A stretch of 64,000 nucleotides of DNA from Saprolegnia diclina VS20 (GCF_000281045.1 NW_008246078.1:173328-237327), one strand, 5' to 3'. Numbered from the stretch's first letter, positions 25,089 through 36,269 are shown. Translations and numbers: made by a program. The notes: a model not told the origin generated them from the sequence alone.

Positions 25089-25245
25089 CGGTCCGCGTGT
25101 CCACGTTGCTCTGCACGAAGCTCATCGAGTCGCCGATGATGGACCGACACGTCTTGCACTGGAAGATGACCGGGCCGGGCACCTCGACTTCCTCCTCGTC
25201 GTCGGCGTCCAGCAGCCGCGTCGGCCTGTTGCCATCGTCGCTCAT
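25024..25245 (-). pseudogene. Mis18/Yippee-like N-terminal fragment, apparently truncated
   Basis: GPVIFQCKTCRSIIGDSMSFVQSNVDTRTVTL resembles the first half of the Mis18 Yippee domain. The second CxxC is absent and the frame runs into the convergent TMEM198-like gene. Confidence 0.6.
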
Positions 25246-25387
25246 CTTGGCAAATGAATCCGCCGTGTCTGGATTGGTTGAAATCCAAACATTATGCACC
25301 AATCGTGGCCGATTACACGCCGGATACGTATCCGGAAGATTGCAAGTGAGCCAGAAAGGTCAAAGTCCCGTCCCGCATCAACCAGCC

Positions 25388-25606
25388 ATGGGCCAGACCA
25401 TGGGCTGCTGCAGCTGCGGCCCAAGGACGGACGCGCTGGCGACGCCGTACGATGCGAAAGGAATCCTGCTGCCCCAAGTCGAAGACGACAGCTGGAAGAA
25501 GCACCACGTGAGCGGGTACACGGCAGCCATGCTCGCCGAAGACCAGTCCTACACGCCGCCCCGCTTTGTGGGCCAGGTGCCGGCCGAGGCCGCGTGGGAG
25601 CTCTGA
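25388..25606 (+). CDS. Small protein with predicted N-myristoylation/palmitoylation (72 aa)
   Basis: MGQTMGCCSCG...; coding-like GC3; shares WKK and SYTPP motifs with 30157..30384. Confidence 0.6.
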   Translation: MGQTMGCCSCGPRTDALATPYDAKGILLPQVEDDSWKKHHVSGYTAAMLAEDQSYTPPRFVGQVPAEAAWEL

Positions 25607-25696
25607 GACCGCGACGCGCTCAGTACTAGTATTATTTGATGTAGACGACACGTTCATAAGAAAGCACACAGAAAACACTTGATGGTTATGCGACTC

Positions 25697-26152
25697 CTAG
25701 ATGTTCCAGCCGCCGTGCGCCGGTGGCGCGTCAAACACCTGCGACGAGTATGCGCTGCGGTCATTGCTGTCGGTGTACGAGTCGCGGCTCGGCGAGCGCT
25801 CGGCGCCACGCGGCGTCGTGCCGTTCAAGCTGCTCACCGAGCCGTACGAGTGCTGGTCGTCGTACTCGCGGCTGCTACTGCTGCGCGAGAGCTCGCGCTC
25901 GTCGACAAAGTCTCTCGCCGAGCTGAACGGGTCGTCGTCTTGGTCGTGGTACGTTTGGACTTGGGACACGAGGAGGCGCTCGTTCTTGCTCGTGTAGCTC
26001 GAGCCCGAGATCGACGACGTCGACGGGAGCACGTGGCCCTTTCGGTCGTCGGTCGAGTCGAACGTCGCGCGCGCGTCCTTGTCAAGGAGCTGCTCCTTGA
26101 GGTCGCTCGCGTCCACTTGGTTCTTGGCGCAGCAGCAGCACCGGGCACCCAT
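25697..26152 (-). CDS. Ser-rich protein with predicted dual-acylated N-terminus (151 aa)
   Basis: MGARCCCCAKNQ...DLKEQLL (dileucine-type motif); coding-like codon usage. Confidence 0.65.
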   Translation of the reverse strand: MGARCCCCAKNQVDASDLKEQLLDKDARATFDSTDDRKGHVLPSTSSISGSSYTSKNERLLVSQVQTYHDQDDDPFSSARDFVDERELSRSSSSREYDDQHSYGSVSSLNGTTPRGAERSPSRDSYTDSNDRSAYSSQVFDAPPAHGGWNI

Positions 26153-26614
26153 GCTCGTCTTGTGAAGGGTCGAAAAAGATATGTGGATCCACGCCAGAGC
26201 ACTTGACGTTTGTATGAGGTTGAAACCCTATGAAACTGCAGCCTTTCTACGCAGTAGCACCGAGCGGTCCTCTTCGCTACCAAGTGTCTTGTGCCAGGAG
26301 CCGTCAGAGTAGTGCTGCGCAGGTCGCACTACCTACATGAAAGCTAGGGTGCACGGACACGATCGTGACGCCTCAGCGTGCCACGTCATCGAGACAGGAT
26401 CGCGCTCTCTGACGCGCATCACGAGTACCACATGGAAGGGACAGTCATGTCGGCCGCCAATATACTCTCTTCCTGTCGGACTCGGATCAAATGGCGTCAA
26501 TGGGCGTGAAGAGAAGACTCACATGTGGTCCAGAGAGCATGAGCAACCACCCTTTACGGAATGCACGTTGACCTCGTACATGTCATTTTCGATTTCACGC
26601 TAGCACTGCGTACC

Positions 26615-27916
26615 ATGGTCCGGCTCGCGACGATGCTTCTCAGCCTTGCCTCGGCCGTCTATTCGCAGGCGCCGCTGCAGTTTAGCACCCCAATGCCCTA
26701 CGTCCTCACGCTCAACGGCAGCGGTCCCGTGACGCAAATCATCTCTCGCCCGCGGGCCACGTCGCTCTCGGTGCACATTGCGTCGATGCGGCTTCCGCCG
26801 GGCGCGACGCTGACGATCGGTACCGAGGATGGTCGCGATAAAGTCGTGTACACGGGCGACCTCGACGACGTCGACTCGGCCGTCTTTACGCAGCCGCGCC
26901 TTCTTCTCAACTACTCGTCTCCGACGTACTCGACCGGCAGCAGCGCGCCGATCGTGACGATCGACACGTACTTTGCTGGCGGCGCCAACGCTGGCGGCCT
27001 CGAGTCTATCTGCTCAACAGCCGGCTACGCGTCCGTGGGTGTCGCTTGTTTATATGCTGACGCGGCCAAGACCGCAGTGTCGAGAGCCGTCGCGCGGCTC
27101 GTCATCCGCGGCAAGTCGCTCTGCACGGGCTGACTCTTTGGCACCGGCGGCTACATGCTCACCAACAACCACTGCGTTCCGTCCGATGACGACGCCAAGT
27201 ACGTCCAGGTCGAGTTTGGCGCGACCTGCGCTAGCTGCGAGGACCCGAAGAACTTTGTGCAGCTGGCGTGCAAGGGCACAATGGTCGCGTCGAGCGTGAC
27301 GCTTGTGGCCACGAGTCACGCGCTGGACTTCTCGCTTGTCAAGCTCAACCTCTTCCCGTACATTGGGGATCTCTCGAGCTACGGGTATCTCCAAGCTCGA
27401 GACAGCGTACCCGTGCTCGACGAACCTATCTGGCTCGCTGGGCACCCGAGAGGAAGCCCGATGCGCATTGCGAGCACCACGGACGGGGGCGTGCCGGGGA
27501 CGATTGTATCAACCAATGTCGCCGACAGTTGCTCGACCAACGCTGTCGGGTACCTCCTCGACACCGAGAGCGGGTCGTCGGGCTCGCCGGTCCTGAGCAC
27601 CACGGACAACAGCGTCATTGCGCTCCACAACTGCGGCGGCTGCAACGCCGCGACGAAATCCAACGGTGGCATCCCGATCGCAAGCATCCTCGCGTATCTG
27701 CGAACCAACGGCATCCCGCTACCGCCCAACAGTGTCTCGGCCACGCCAACGCCAACGCCGACCATGACGCCTGCTTCGACGAAGACCCCCCCACCCCCGA
27801 CCCAAACGAAGACCCCGACACCGACCCAGGCCCCGACTCAGAATCCGACTCAGAACCCGACCGAGTCCCCGACTACTCCGACACCAGACGTCGTCCCCGC
27901 CTGCTATACAGAGTAG
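26615..27916 (+). pseudogene. Secreted trypsin-like serine protease with Thr/Pro-rich tail, interrupted by in-frame TGA at 27131-27133
   Basis: Signal peptide; ARLVIRGKSLCTG*LFGTGGYMLTNNHC (His), ALDFSLV (Asp), DTESGSSGSPV (Ser). Both ORF halves are in the same frame. Confidence 0.75.
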
Positions 27917-28023
27917 CAAGAACTCTTATCAACATGCGACGACGTGTTCCAGTCTTGTCGATGCAAAGAGTGTGGGGACAGGCGTTCAAACTCATTGTAC
28001 GAAGCGAAGAGGGGAAACGTGGA

Positions 28024-29584
28024 CTAGGAGAAGAACTTTAGTTTCTTGGCGGGCGAGTCCATCGTGTCGCCGCACTGCGCGTCATTGTCTTTAGAGGCTT
28101 TTCGGTTCTTGGGCGGTAGCCGGTGCTTCCACAATGTGCAGTTGGCGAGGTACTTGGGGCACTTGTCGTGGCGGTTGGTGCCATTGCATTTTTCGTTTTT
28201 TGTTTTTGCAAAGCCTTCGCACCACGTCCACTGGAAGTGGTCGCAGCTCTTGATCTTGGGACCTTCATAGATGCTCGGGACAACCCGGACGACGACCGGT
28301 GCAACGTCTTCTTGCACGTCCTACATAGCTCTTCGGTCTCGTTTCCGAACGAGTCGCCTTCGTACCCGCGCGTCTTTGGTACTATGCTGCTTGCGCTTAA
28401 TCTCCGTACACCGATTGCAGATCTGAAAGGCATTTTGAAATCCCTCCAGCCTACAAGAACGTAGTGGCGACTCATTCCAAGCTTCTGCAAGTGCAGTAGT
28501 ACGTGAGGGGCTGCTGGCTGTCGGCCCCAAAGAGCGAGTAGGGGAAGGGTTGCGCGTTGATGTCGTTGGGCGGGAAGAGCGTCATGAGGTTCAACGGCGC
28601 GTCTTCCTTGATGCGGTGTCGCTTCAAGAGCACTCTAGTTGCATGAACATCAGGAATCCATCGGATATTGCAGCGTACAAGAGTTGGGCGAGCAGCATCG
28701 TCTTGGTGAGCGGGTCCGAGTACTGAAAGAAGATGCGGTTGAGCTTTTGCTCGGCCACGTCCGGCGACATGGACATGCGAGGCAGCGCTTTCGGGGTCCT
28801 CGACCGAGTAATTGTGCGTGCGACCAGCGTTCCTGCATACGTGCACGTCATGATTGCCGACTGGGTGTTGGTTCGCACCTGGGTATGTCGGAGATATGAC
28901 TGCGTGCATGGTATACGACGCCCCCGCGTTGTAGCTGCTGTAACTAGGTGGCTTGGACTTGTCGTAGCTTGGCGTGTTGAAGTACGACGGTAATGGTACA
29001 TTTGGCGTGCTGTGCGGTGCCAACATGCGGTTGCCTTGGTATGTCACGGCAGGAGGCATCGTCGCCGGCGCCGGAATGTGAATACTGAGCGTCGGCTTTG
29101 GCTCGTCGACGGCGACTGGTGCGGTGGCGTCCGAGTAGAGAGCGCTGAACATGTCGAGCATCGCCGGCAAATCAGCGTCTTCGATCTCGGGCTGGGGCGA
29201 CTGAAGCAGTGTCGGGTTGTTGATCTCGATGGGCACGGGCAGCGGCTCCTCTTTCACCGAGATCCACTTGTCGTCCATCATCTCGTTGCTGTCGTCGTCG
29301 TCGCCGTAAAGTGCTTGCTCGACAGCGCTGTTGGTGCTGCTGCGTCGGCTGTCATTGTCGGGCGTCACTTCGACCTTGATGATCAAGGTCTCAGGCGGCC
29401 GGATCTCGTCCTCCATCCATTCGTCCAGAAACGAGATGGCGTCGCCGTGCTTTCCGTGCGGCTGCTGTTGCTCTTCGAGCTCGCATATCTGACTAATGGT
29501 CTCGCACAACGTCGCCGAGTCGGCCATCAAGACAGGGTCGAGCATCTCGACGTCTAGCCACTTGTGGAGCGTATGTAGGGTCAT
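28024..29584 (-). CDS. Hypothetical protein: acidic/Pro-rich N-terminus and Cys/His-rich C-terminal domain, multi-exon
   Basis: Long coding-biased ORF 28472..29719 plus spliceable exons ICNRCTEIKRKQH and KSCDHFQWTWCEGF...CNGTNRHDKCPKYLANCTLWKH; C-terminal SPAKKLK. Confidence 0.6.
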
Positions 29585-30156
29585 GGCCTGTACCTTTGGA
29601 GCTGTCCTTGCCCTCGATGGCGTCGAACGTCTCCATCTCGAGGAGCTCATGGGCGTCGGCCATCGTGCGTCGCGCGGTCCGTCGCCTTGCGCCCGAAACC
29701 CGCTCTGCCGATGAAACACATTGCGCTCTAAAAATAGAAGACTCTGTGATTGGACAAAAAGGAGACCAAACCGCGCTGCGATTCGAAGAAAAGCGATTCG
29801 AATCTCTCGTTCGTCATTTGGATTGGCTAAAAAGAATGTACTACCGATCTACCGGCTAGAAACACACAGCCAGGACTTGGTGATGTACCAGCCCTGCAAC
29901 AACCAACTAGTTGAGTCCTCGGCAGCACCACTGCGGCAGCACGGTGCATGCTCATCAAACGAAGAGGCGTCGCCACGTGGGAGCCCACCAACAACAGACG
30001 CAATGCAACACCAGCTAGAGATGTGTCGGCGCAGCTGCGATGCCAAGGGCTACGTCATTGGGCCTACGTGCTACGATCGCAAGGTCGCGTCGAGTGCCAT
30101 TGCCAAGAGCCATCGGTCTAGAGAGTCTGTGTTAATACTATTGATGAGATACACGG

Positions 30157-30384
30157 CTACGAGCACGGCGCGCTCTGTGTCGCGGCGTCGGGCGCCGGCT
30201 CGGTGGGGCTGGCGGAGCGCACACTCTCGTAGGACGGCGGCGTGTACGAGTGGGCCGGTCGCGCCATCGTGGCCTTGTGGTTGAGCGAGCTCCACTTCTT
30301 CCATCCCTCGTTCAGGTCGGCGTCGTCGTCATGGTCGGCGCCGTAGAAGAAGGGCCGTCGTCGGCTGCAGCACGCTTGGCCCAT
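30157..30384 (-). CDS. Small protein with predicted dual acylation (75 aa)
   Basis: MGQACCSRRR...EGWKKW...HSYTPPSY; resembles 25388..25606. Confidence 0.6.
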   Translation of the reverse strand: MGQACCSRRRPFFYGADHDDDADLNEGWKKWSSLNHKATMARPAHSYTPPSYESVRSASPTEPAPDAATQSAPCS

Positions 30385-30498
30385 CGCGAATATCTCCAAG
30401 TGGCGTTTGAAGATCCGGCGGATTGGATAAAAATACACAACCAACGTTCTATTCCTCGATTGGTCGAAATTCCGCTTCCTGAAGAAAGGCGAGGACGG

Positions 30499-31587
30499 CT
30501 AGTAGTAGGGCGTGGCGGGCTGTCGCGGCAGGTCGTTGAACCACGGGTGGCTCATGGCCTGCTTGGCCGAGATGCGCTGCCGAGGCTCGTACACGAGCAT
30601 GCGCTACATGGACATGGGCATATGAGCATACGATCCGGCAGCAGGCAATACGGCTACCGAGAGGAGGTCAATGCCAATCGGGTCGAGCGCTGGCACGATC
30701 GCCGACCACGGCTGGGGCTGCCACTGCGGAAACGACACCTTGTAGTCGGGCAGTGAGCTCACGCCCGGCCACATGCCTTCGTCCGGTGTCCCGAGGACGC
30801 GGAAGATGCGGAAGAGCTCATCAATCTCCGAGTCGCCTACATGCACGCGTCATCCCCGTTGATGCCATCCCTCGTACCAGGAAAGAGCGGCTTGCGGTTG
30901 ACCATCTCGGCAAAGATGCAGCCAATGCTCCATGTATCGACTGGCGTCGAATAGTGCGAAGCGCCGAGGAGGATCTCGGGGGCGCGGTACCACAGCGTCA
31001 CCACTTCGTGTGTGTAGTTGCGAATCGGAATCCCAAACGCACGTGCGAGGCCAAAGTCGGCGAGCTTGAGCGTCCCGTGGGCGTCGAGGAGGAGGTTCTG
31101 CGGCTTGAGATCGCGGTGCAGGACGCGGTGGGCGTGGCAGAAGGCGATACCACTGCGTTACTTTGCGCTGAGATACCATGACAATGGGCGCGTCGTACCG
31201 GAGCATCTGGAAGACGTACGACTTGAGCACGAGCGGGGACATGGCGCCGCCTTGGAGGTCCATGAACTTTTTCAGATCGTGGTCGAGAAACTCAAACACC
31301 TAGCATCTGCATGTGAGCAATGACCAGGTAGAGGCATGCGAGAAGATGCGCACGAGGTAGAGCTTGTCGGCCTGGTGGATCACGTCGTGGAGGTGGACGA
31401 CGTTGGGGTGCACAAGCTCTTTCAGCAGCGAGATCTCGCGCATGGCCGTCGAGGGCACGCCCTCGTCCTCGCTCTCGAGGCGGATCTTCTTGAGCGCGAC
31501 GGTCGCATTGCTGTGGAGGTCGACGGCCTTGTACACGACGCCGTACGTCCCCTCGCCGATCTTGCTCACCTTCCGGTACTGGTCCAT
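30499..31587 (-). CDS. Cyclin-dependent kinase, CDK1/CDK2 (cdc2)-like, multi-exon
   Basis: [97 protein letters not shown]. Confidence 0.95.
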
Positions 31588-31868
31588 CGCCAATGACGAA
31601 ATTAATTTGCCAGAAATGTGGCCAACCCACTTCAAGGTAGTCACGATGCGCGCGCTCATTGGCTAAAATGGTGTTGCCGAGACCGATACAAATGCCCCGT
31701 CGCTGGCCTCTTGAGGCGTTTGATTGGCCATTATGTGGGTGACCAGCAAGGCCATTGGATGTTTTTAACCCAATGGCATTGCACTCGACACCTCGCGATG
31801 CTGCAGACGTCGATTGCGTTCTCAGTTCTGAGAGGAATGACATGGAGCAAACAGACTCTATGATGGGA

Positions 31869-32645
31869 TTAAATACTACTGCGGGCAGCCCAGGCCGCAA
31901 CGCCGACGCTGACGAGCCCTGCTACCACTGCGATCATGGGCAGCGGGACAGAGGACGGCGTCGGGGCCGACGAAGACGTGTCTTGTGGAATGAGATGGTC
32001 CATGCGCTGCGCCTTGGCATCGAGGTATGCCTGGTTGTGCTTCTGACCGGGAATGACGATCGGAACCCGCTCCGAGACCGTGATGCCAAGCTTGGTGAGG
32101 AGATCGATCTTGCGCGGGTTGTTGGTCAAAAGTCGCACGGACGAGAGGTGGAAGTGGTTCAGAATGTGCTGGACGGATTCGTAGCTGCGGTAGTCGTCTT
32201 CGAACCCAAGGACGCGGTTGGCGTCGACCGTGTCCGCGCCTTGGTCCTGGAGGTTGTACGCGTGCACCTTGTTGGCGAGGCCAATGCCGCGGCCTTCCTG
32301 GGGCATGTAGATGACCATGCCGCTGCCTTCGCTGACCATGAAAGCCTTGGCCGTCTCGAGCTGTTCCTTGCAGTCGCAACGGAGGCTGCCAAAGACTTCA
32401 GACGTCATGCACTGATCGTGGACGCGAATGTGCATGTTGTCCGTGATCGGGCCGTACACGAGCGCGATCGGCTCGTACATGCGGCGGCAGCCCGTCGAGC
32501 GGAACGCGTGCATGTGCCAGTCGCTACTCGACGTCGGGAGCTGCGCCGCTGCGACAAAGGTGGTCTTGACACCGCAGCCAAGGCCCGTGAGGCCATCCTT
32601 GTCGAGGTCGCAGCAGGCCATCGGGTCGGCGCACGTCGCCATCAT
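31869..32645 (-). CDS. ribA: GTP cyclohydrolase II (riboflavin biosynthesis) with a hydrophobic C-terminal tail
   Basis: RVHDQCMTSEVFGSLRCDCKEQL, QEGRGIGLANKVHAYNLQDQGADTVDAN, LLTNNPRK. Confidence 0.95.
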   Translation of the reverse strand: MMATCADPMACCDLDKDGLTGLGCGVKTTFVAAAQLPTSSSDWHMHAFRSTGCRRMYEPIALVYGPITDNMHIRVHDQCMTSEVFGSLRCDCKEQLETAKAFMVSEGSGMVIYMPQEGRGIGLANKVHAYNLQDQGADTVDANRVLGFEDDYRSYESVQHILNHFHLSSVRLLTNNPRKIDLLTKLGITVSERVPIVIPGQKHNQAYLDAKAQRMDHLIPQDTSSSAPTPSSVPLPMIAVVAGLVSVGVAAWAARSSI

Positions 32646-33321
32646 CCTGCTTGGTAGTCGATGGCGATTTCGCTTGTCGACACGACCAGTTCGGGGCCAC
32701 CACCCTCTCAATTTCGATATTTTATGCAGTTTCAGGACCGGCTGGGAGAGGCCCGGGAACGTGTTTTTGTTCATCCGGCAGTATTTATTGTATCACTTGC
32801 ACATTGTATGCAATATAATAAATGACCATCAAATCGAAGATCCCAAATAGGATACCGTGCCTGATTACGCCTACCGGAACCGACGCGAAGCCTCTGAATC
32901 ATCATCGGCAGCAACTTCCTCTTGGCTCACGACGCCCTAGTCCGCTGCGCTAGTACCCACCAAGTACTAGTACGCAGTCCAGCCTTCCGACTGCTCGAAC
33001 CGGCGCGAGCGTTATATTGGCGTAACCTTCCGTGTACATATCTCTGTCCTCGGACGAAACTTCGCTTCGATTCCGCCGTCTTCGCAGGCGCCTCATGCTG
33101 TCCGTGATGTCGAGGCTTCGCGAAGTCGACGATGCCATGGCGATCTTGATGTTATTAACGCTGAAGTCCATGGTAGTCATTGATGCCTCATTGCTCTACT
33201 GCTAGTGACGAGTGTATGACGGAGCTGGCAAGAAGCCTCTCAGAATGGATGCAATATGGATTGTCAGAGGTCGTGAAATGTTCGGCGGCCAAGTGACTGT
33301 GGCATTTGAGTGGACGTCAAG

Positions 33322-33998
33322 ATGATCCGAGCCGGGAGCATGCAGAAGCGGTCGTTCTACTCGGTCGTGCACAAGTACCTCGAGGCCAACAAGCGCTACG
33401 GCTGGAAGGAGTGCTTGTGGAAGCTGTACAACCCCGGTGACATCAAGTTTGGCAAGGAGGTTGGCGAAGACCAGTTTGGCAACAAGTACTACGAGGACAC
33501 GACCGAGCTCCATGGCCAGCAGCGCTGGACCGAGTACAAGGTCAAGACGCACGACGAGTTTGGCGGCGACCAGATCCCGCCCGAGTGGCACATCTGGATG
33601 CACTCGCTCTCGGACGCCAAGCCCGGCGAGGCCGGCCAGAACGTACGTCGTTGCAGGCAACGGCAACAAGAAGCGCTCATGGCCTTTTTTCTATGTATTA
33701 GCCGGAGAACTGGTCCAACGTGCCCATCTCGACCGTCTCAAACGCGCCGTACACGAGCCACGTCGGCCCCACGACGCCGTTCACGGACAACCAGACGACG
33801 TACCGCAGCCGCGGCTACGGCATCGACAACTACAAGTGGCTCAAGGCCAACGAGCCGGAGCGTTACTACATGCAGCCCAACCACCCGCTTCGGTCGCGCA
33901 AGCGCCCCGCGACTATCTACGACGAAATCGACTACAACAACCCGGACGCGGCGCCCGAGCACTCGTCCGAGCCGTTGATGAAGTTGGACAAGAACTAA
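33322..33998 (+). CDS. NDUFA12: NADH:ubiquinone oxidoreductase subunit A12-like (2 exons)
   Basis: KFGKEVGEDQFGNKYYED...RWTEY...QIPPEWHIWMH is the NDUFA12 family signature; intron at about 33643-33700. Confidence 0.85.
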
Positions 33999-34091
33999 GC
34001 GCGCGGCCCAACGGCGAATCCTCCGTCGCCTAATCCAGTCGAATCGTTGTCTACCTTGTCGTCTCTTCCTCTAGCAGCATAGGACGACGTG

Positions 34092-35059
34092 TTATTGTTT
34101 TAGGAAGAAGCTCTTGGCCGCACACTGCAGAATGCTGCGCGACTCCTTGAGGCTGGCTTGGGACGCCGCGAGCTCCTGCCGCAGCTCGTGCAAGGTCGTG
34201 CCATTCTCAAAGTTGCTCAGTAGTTGCTGCATGAGCTGCGGGTCCATGGACGACGACGACGACTTCGCTTCGCCGTTGTTGTTGTCCCACTCGGCTGTCG
34301 CCTTGACGCGCTCCGGCTTGGTGTTGTCTACCAGAGACACAATGGGCCATGCTACCGGTGGTGCATCTTTGCTCGTACTATAAATGGCGCTTGCTGACTT
34401 GCCCTTGACGGGCTTCTTCTTGGGCGCGACGGCCTTGGTCGTCTTCTCGGCCGACTTGGAGCTGCGCAGCGTGTTGTTGGCCTTGCTCATGCTGGCCTTG
34501 GCGAGCTGTTGCTGGATGACGCTCAGGAGTTGATCGTCGCCGTCGTCGCCGCCGTCCAGTAGCTGTTGGGTCTAGCCGCCGCTAAGATCTGATCTCCGTA
34601 GGCCAATACTACCTGGAGGTTCTTGGCGTAGGCAAAGGCCTGCTGCACCATAGTGAGATCGATGGGCGCCTTCTTGGCAACCGGAGCTTTGGACTCGACC
34701 CGCTTGGCCTCGGGCTTTTCCGTGCGCAGCTTGGACCGCTCGAGCTTGAGCGTCGGGAGGAGGTTCTCATTCGAGCGGGACCCGCGCGCAATCGCGGCGA
34801 GGCTAGTCAGTATCCTAAGCCTCGTGCTGCATCCTAGGACGTATGCTTGCCTCGGCGACGGCTTGTTGAGGAACGTCTCGATCTCGGTGTAGAGCTCGCC
34901 GTTATTGCCGAGCGGCGTGTCGGCCTCGTCGTCGCTCTCGACCTCGTTGTTGCAGCAACGTGGTGAGAGGGGCATGCTGTCCATGGACCGACTGCTGCGA
35001 CCGGACGAGGCCGACGACGGGAGGCTCGGCAGCTTGGACGCATCGCCCGACATCATCAT
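34092..35059 (-). CDS. Hypothetical protein (multi-exon, C-terminal coiled coil)
   Basis: Coding-biased ORF segments 34523..35095 and 34092..34490 separated by GT-AG intron-like stretches. Confidence 0.55.
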
Positions 35060-35401
35060 CGTCGCCCCAAAATAGGTGGAGCGAAAATATAACACTCCGT
35101 TTCATCCTCGCAAGAGCCAAGCTGGGAAGCCAGGCCGCGTCGCCATGGCTCTCTCCTGTAGACGCCAAGCATGGACCCCGTGTCTCTAGCTTGTAGCTTC
35201 CTCTCGCCATAGCAACCTCAAGAGGACGAGGCTAGACAGAGAGGTCTCTCGCTTGCGACGCAGGTGCTGCAGTAGCCTTCAGCTCAAGCAGCATCGAACC
35301 TCGGACGTAGCGCGGATGCATGTGACGAGTGTATTGATGCGTGTTATGCGGCTACGGTGCGGACGACAACGCTATAGATCGACGACGTTGCAGCGAAGCG
35401 A

Positions 35402-36269
35402 CTAGTCGTCGTAGGACGGGAGCTGGGCGTAGTCGTAGCCGGGCCAGCCCTTGTAGGCGCCGTAGAGTTGCGTGGTCGCGTAGCTGCCCGGAATGAATGC
35501 TACAAGCATGTTAGTGCAGAGGTCGAGGAAAGGACGTAGTGTACTGATGAGGCCGAGCACAAAGAAGGACATGCCCCGGCGCTCGCCGTCGAGGCCAAAG
35601 AGCGTGCTCACGTAGAGAAGGACCTAGCGCTGTTCCGTGGGCCACGACCGCTTTAGTCATGGGCGTCGTACCGAGCCGATAGTAAAGAGCACGACCGCGG
35701 CGAGGCCGGTCCGGATCGGGAACCGCTTGTTGCGCGAGAGGTGCCAGCGGGACACGCCTTTGGACGTCTACGCGCCTAGCATGAGCTACCGCCATGGAAG
35801 CATGCGTACGGGCGAGAGCGGGCGGCAGTCGTCGGCGTTCGCGACGCCTTGGAAGCGGTCGCGGCTCTTGGCGTCCTTCACCATCGGGCTTCGAGAATGT
35901 CGAACATGAGAGCGGCCCTTGGCAAGCGGTTCGAACCGGACCGAACCGGTTTTTGCGTGACGTGGCGCGCCCCTTTGTCGGCGATGGGCCAGTGGCCTTA
36001 TCTGCGCCCTTGGTTCGCGCACCGTCGGCGGCGTCCGGACGAGCCCACGCCAGCCAGCGCTACAGGCGTGCTGCAGTACATGTAGCGTCGCCCTGGGCCT
36101 CATCTCGCCTCGAAACACCAGCAGAGGCGCTTGACCACTCAAGGCTGCCGGACCATCAAGAGGCTTCATCATGAGCAGGAAGCACAGCATGCATCGGCAG
36201 TCGACCCCGGTCCGGTCAGGCGCCCATGAGAGTTACCTCGGTCTCGTCGTCGTTCTCGCTCTGGAACAT
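35402..36269 (-). CDS. TMEM230/TMEM134 (DUF872)-family membrane protein, multi-exon
   Basis: RFPIRTGLAAVVLFTIGS...GMSFFVLGLI...FIPGSYATTQLYGAYKGWPGYDYAQLPSYDD*. Confidence 0.75.

Noticed and set aside
27131..27133. Selenocysteine or a variant genetic code as the explanation for the in-frame TGA
   Set aside because: The position corresponds to Trp, not Cys; other genes here use TGG for Trp and TGA as stop; no SECIS was recognised.
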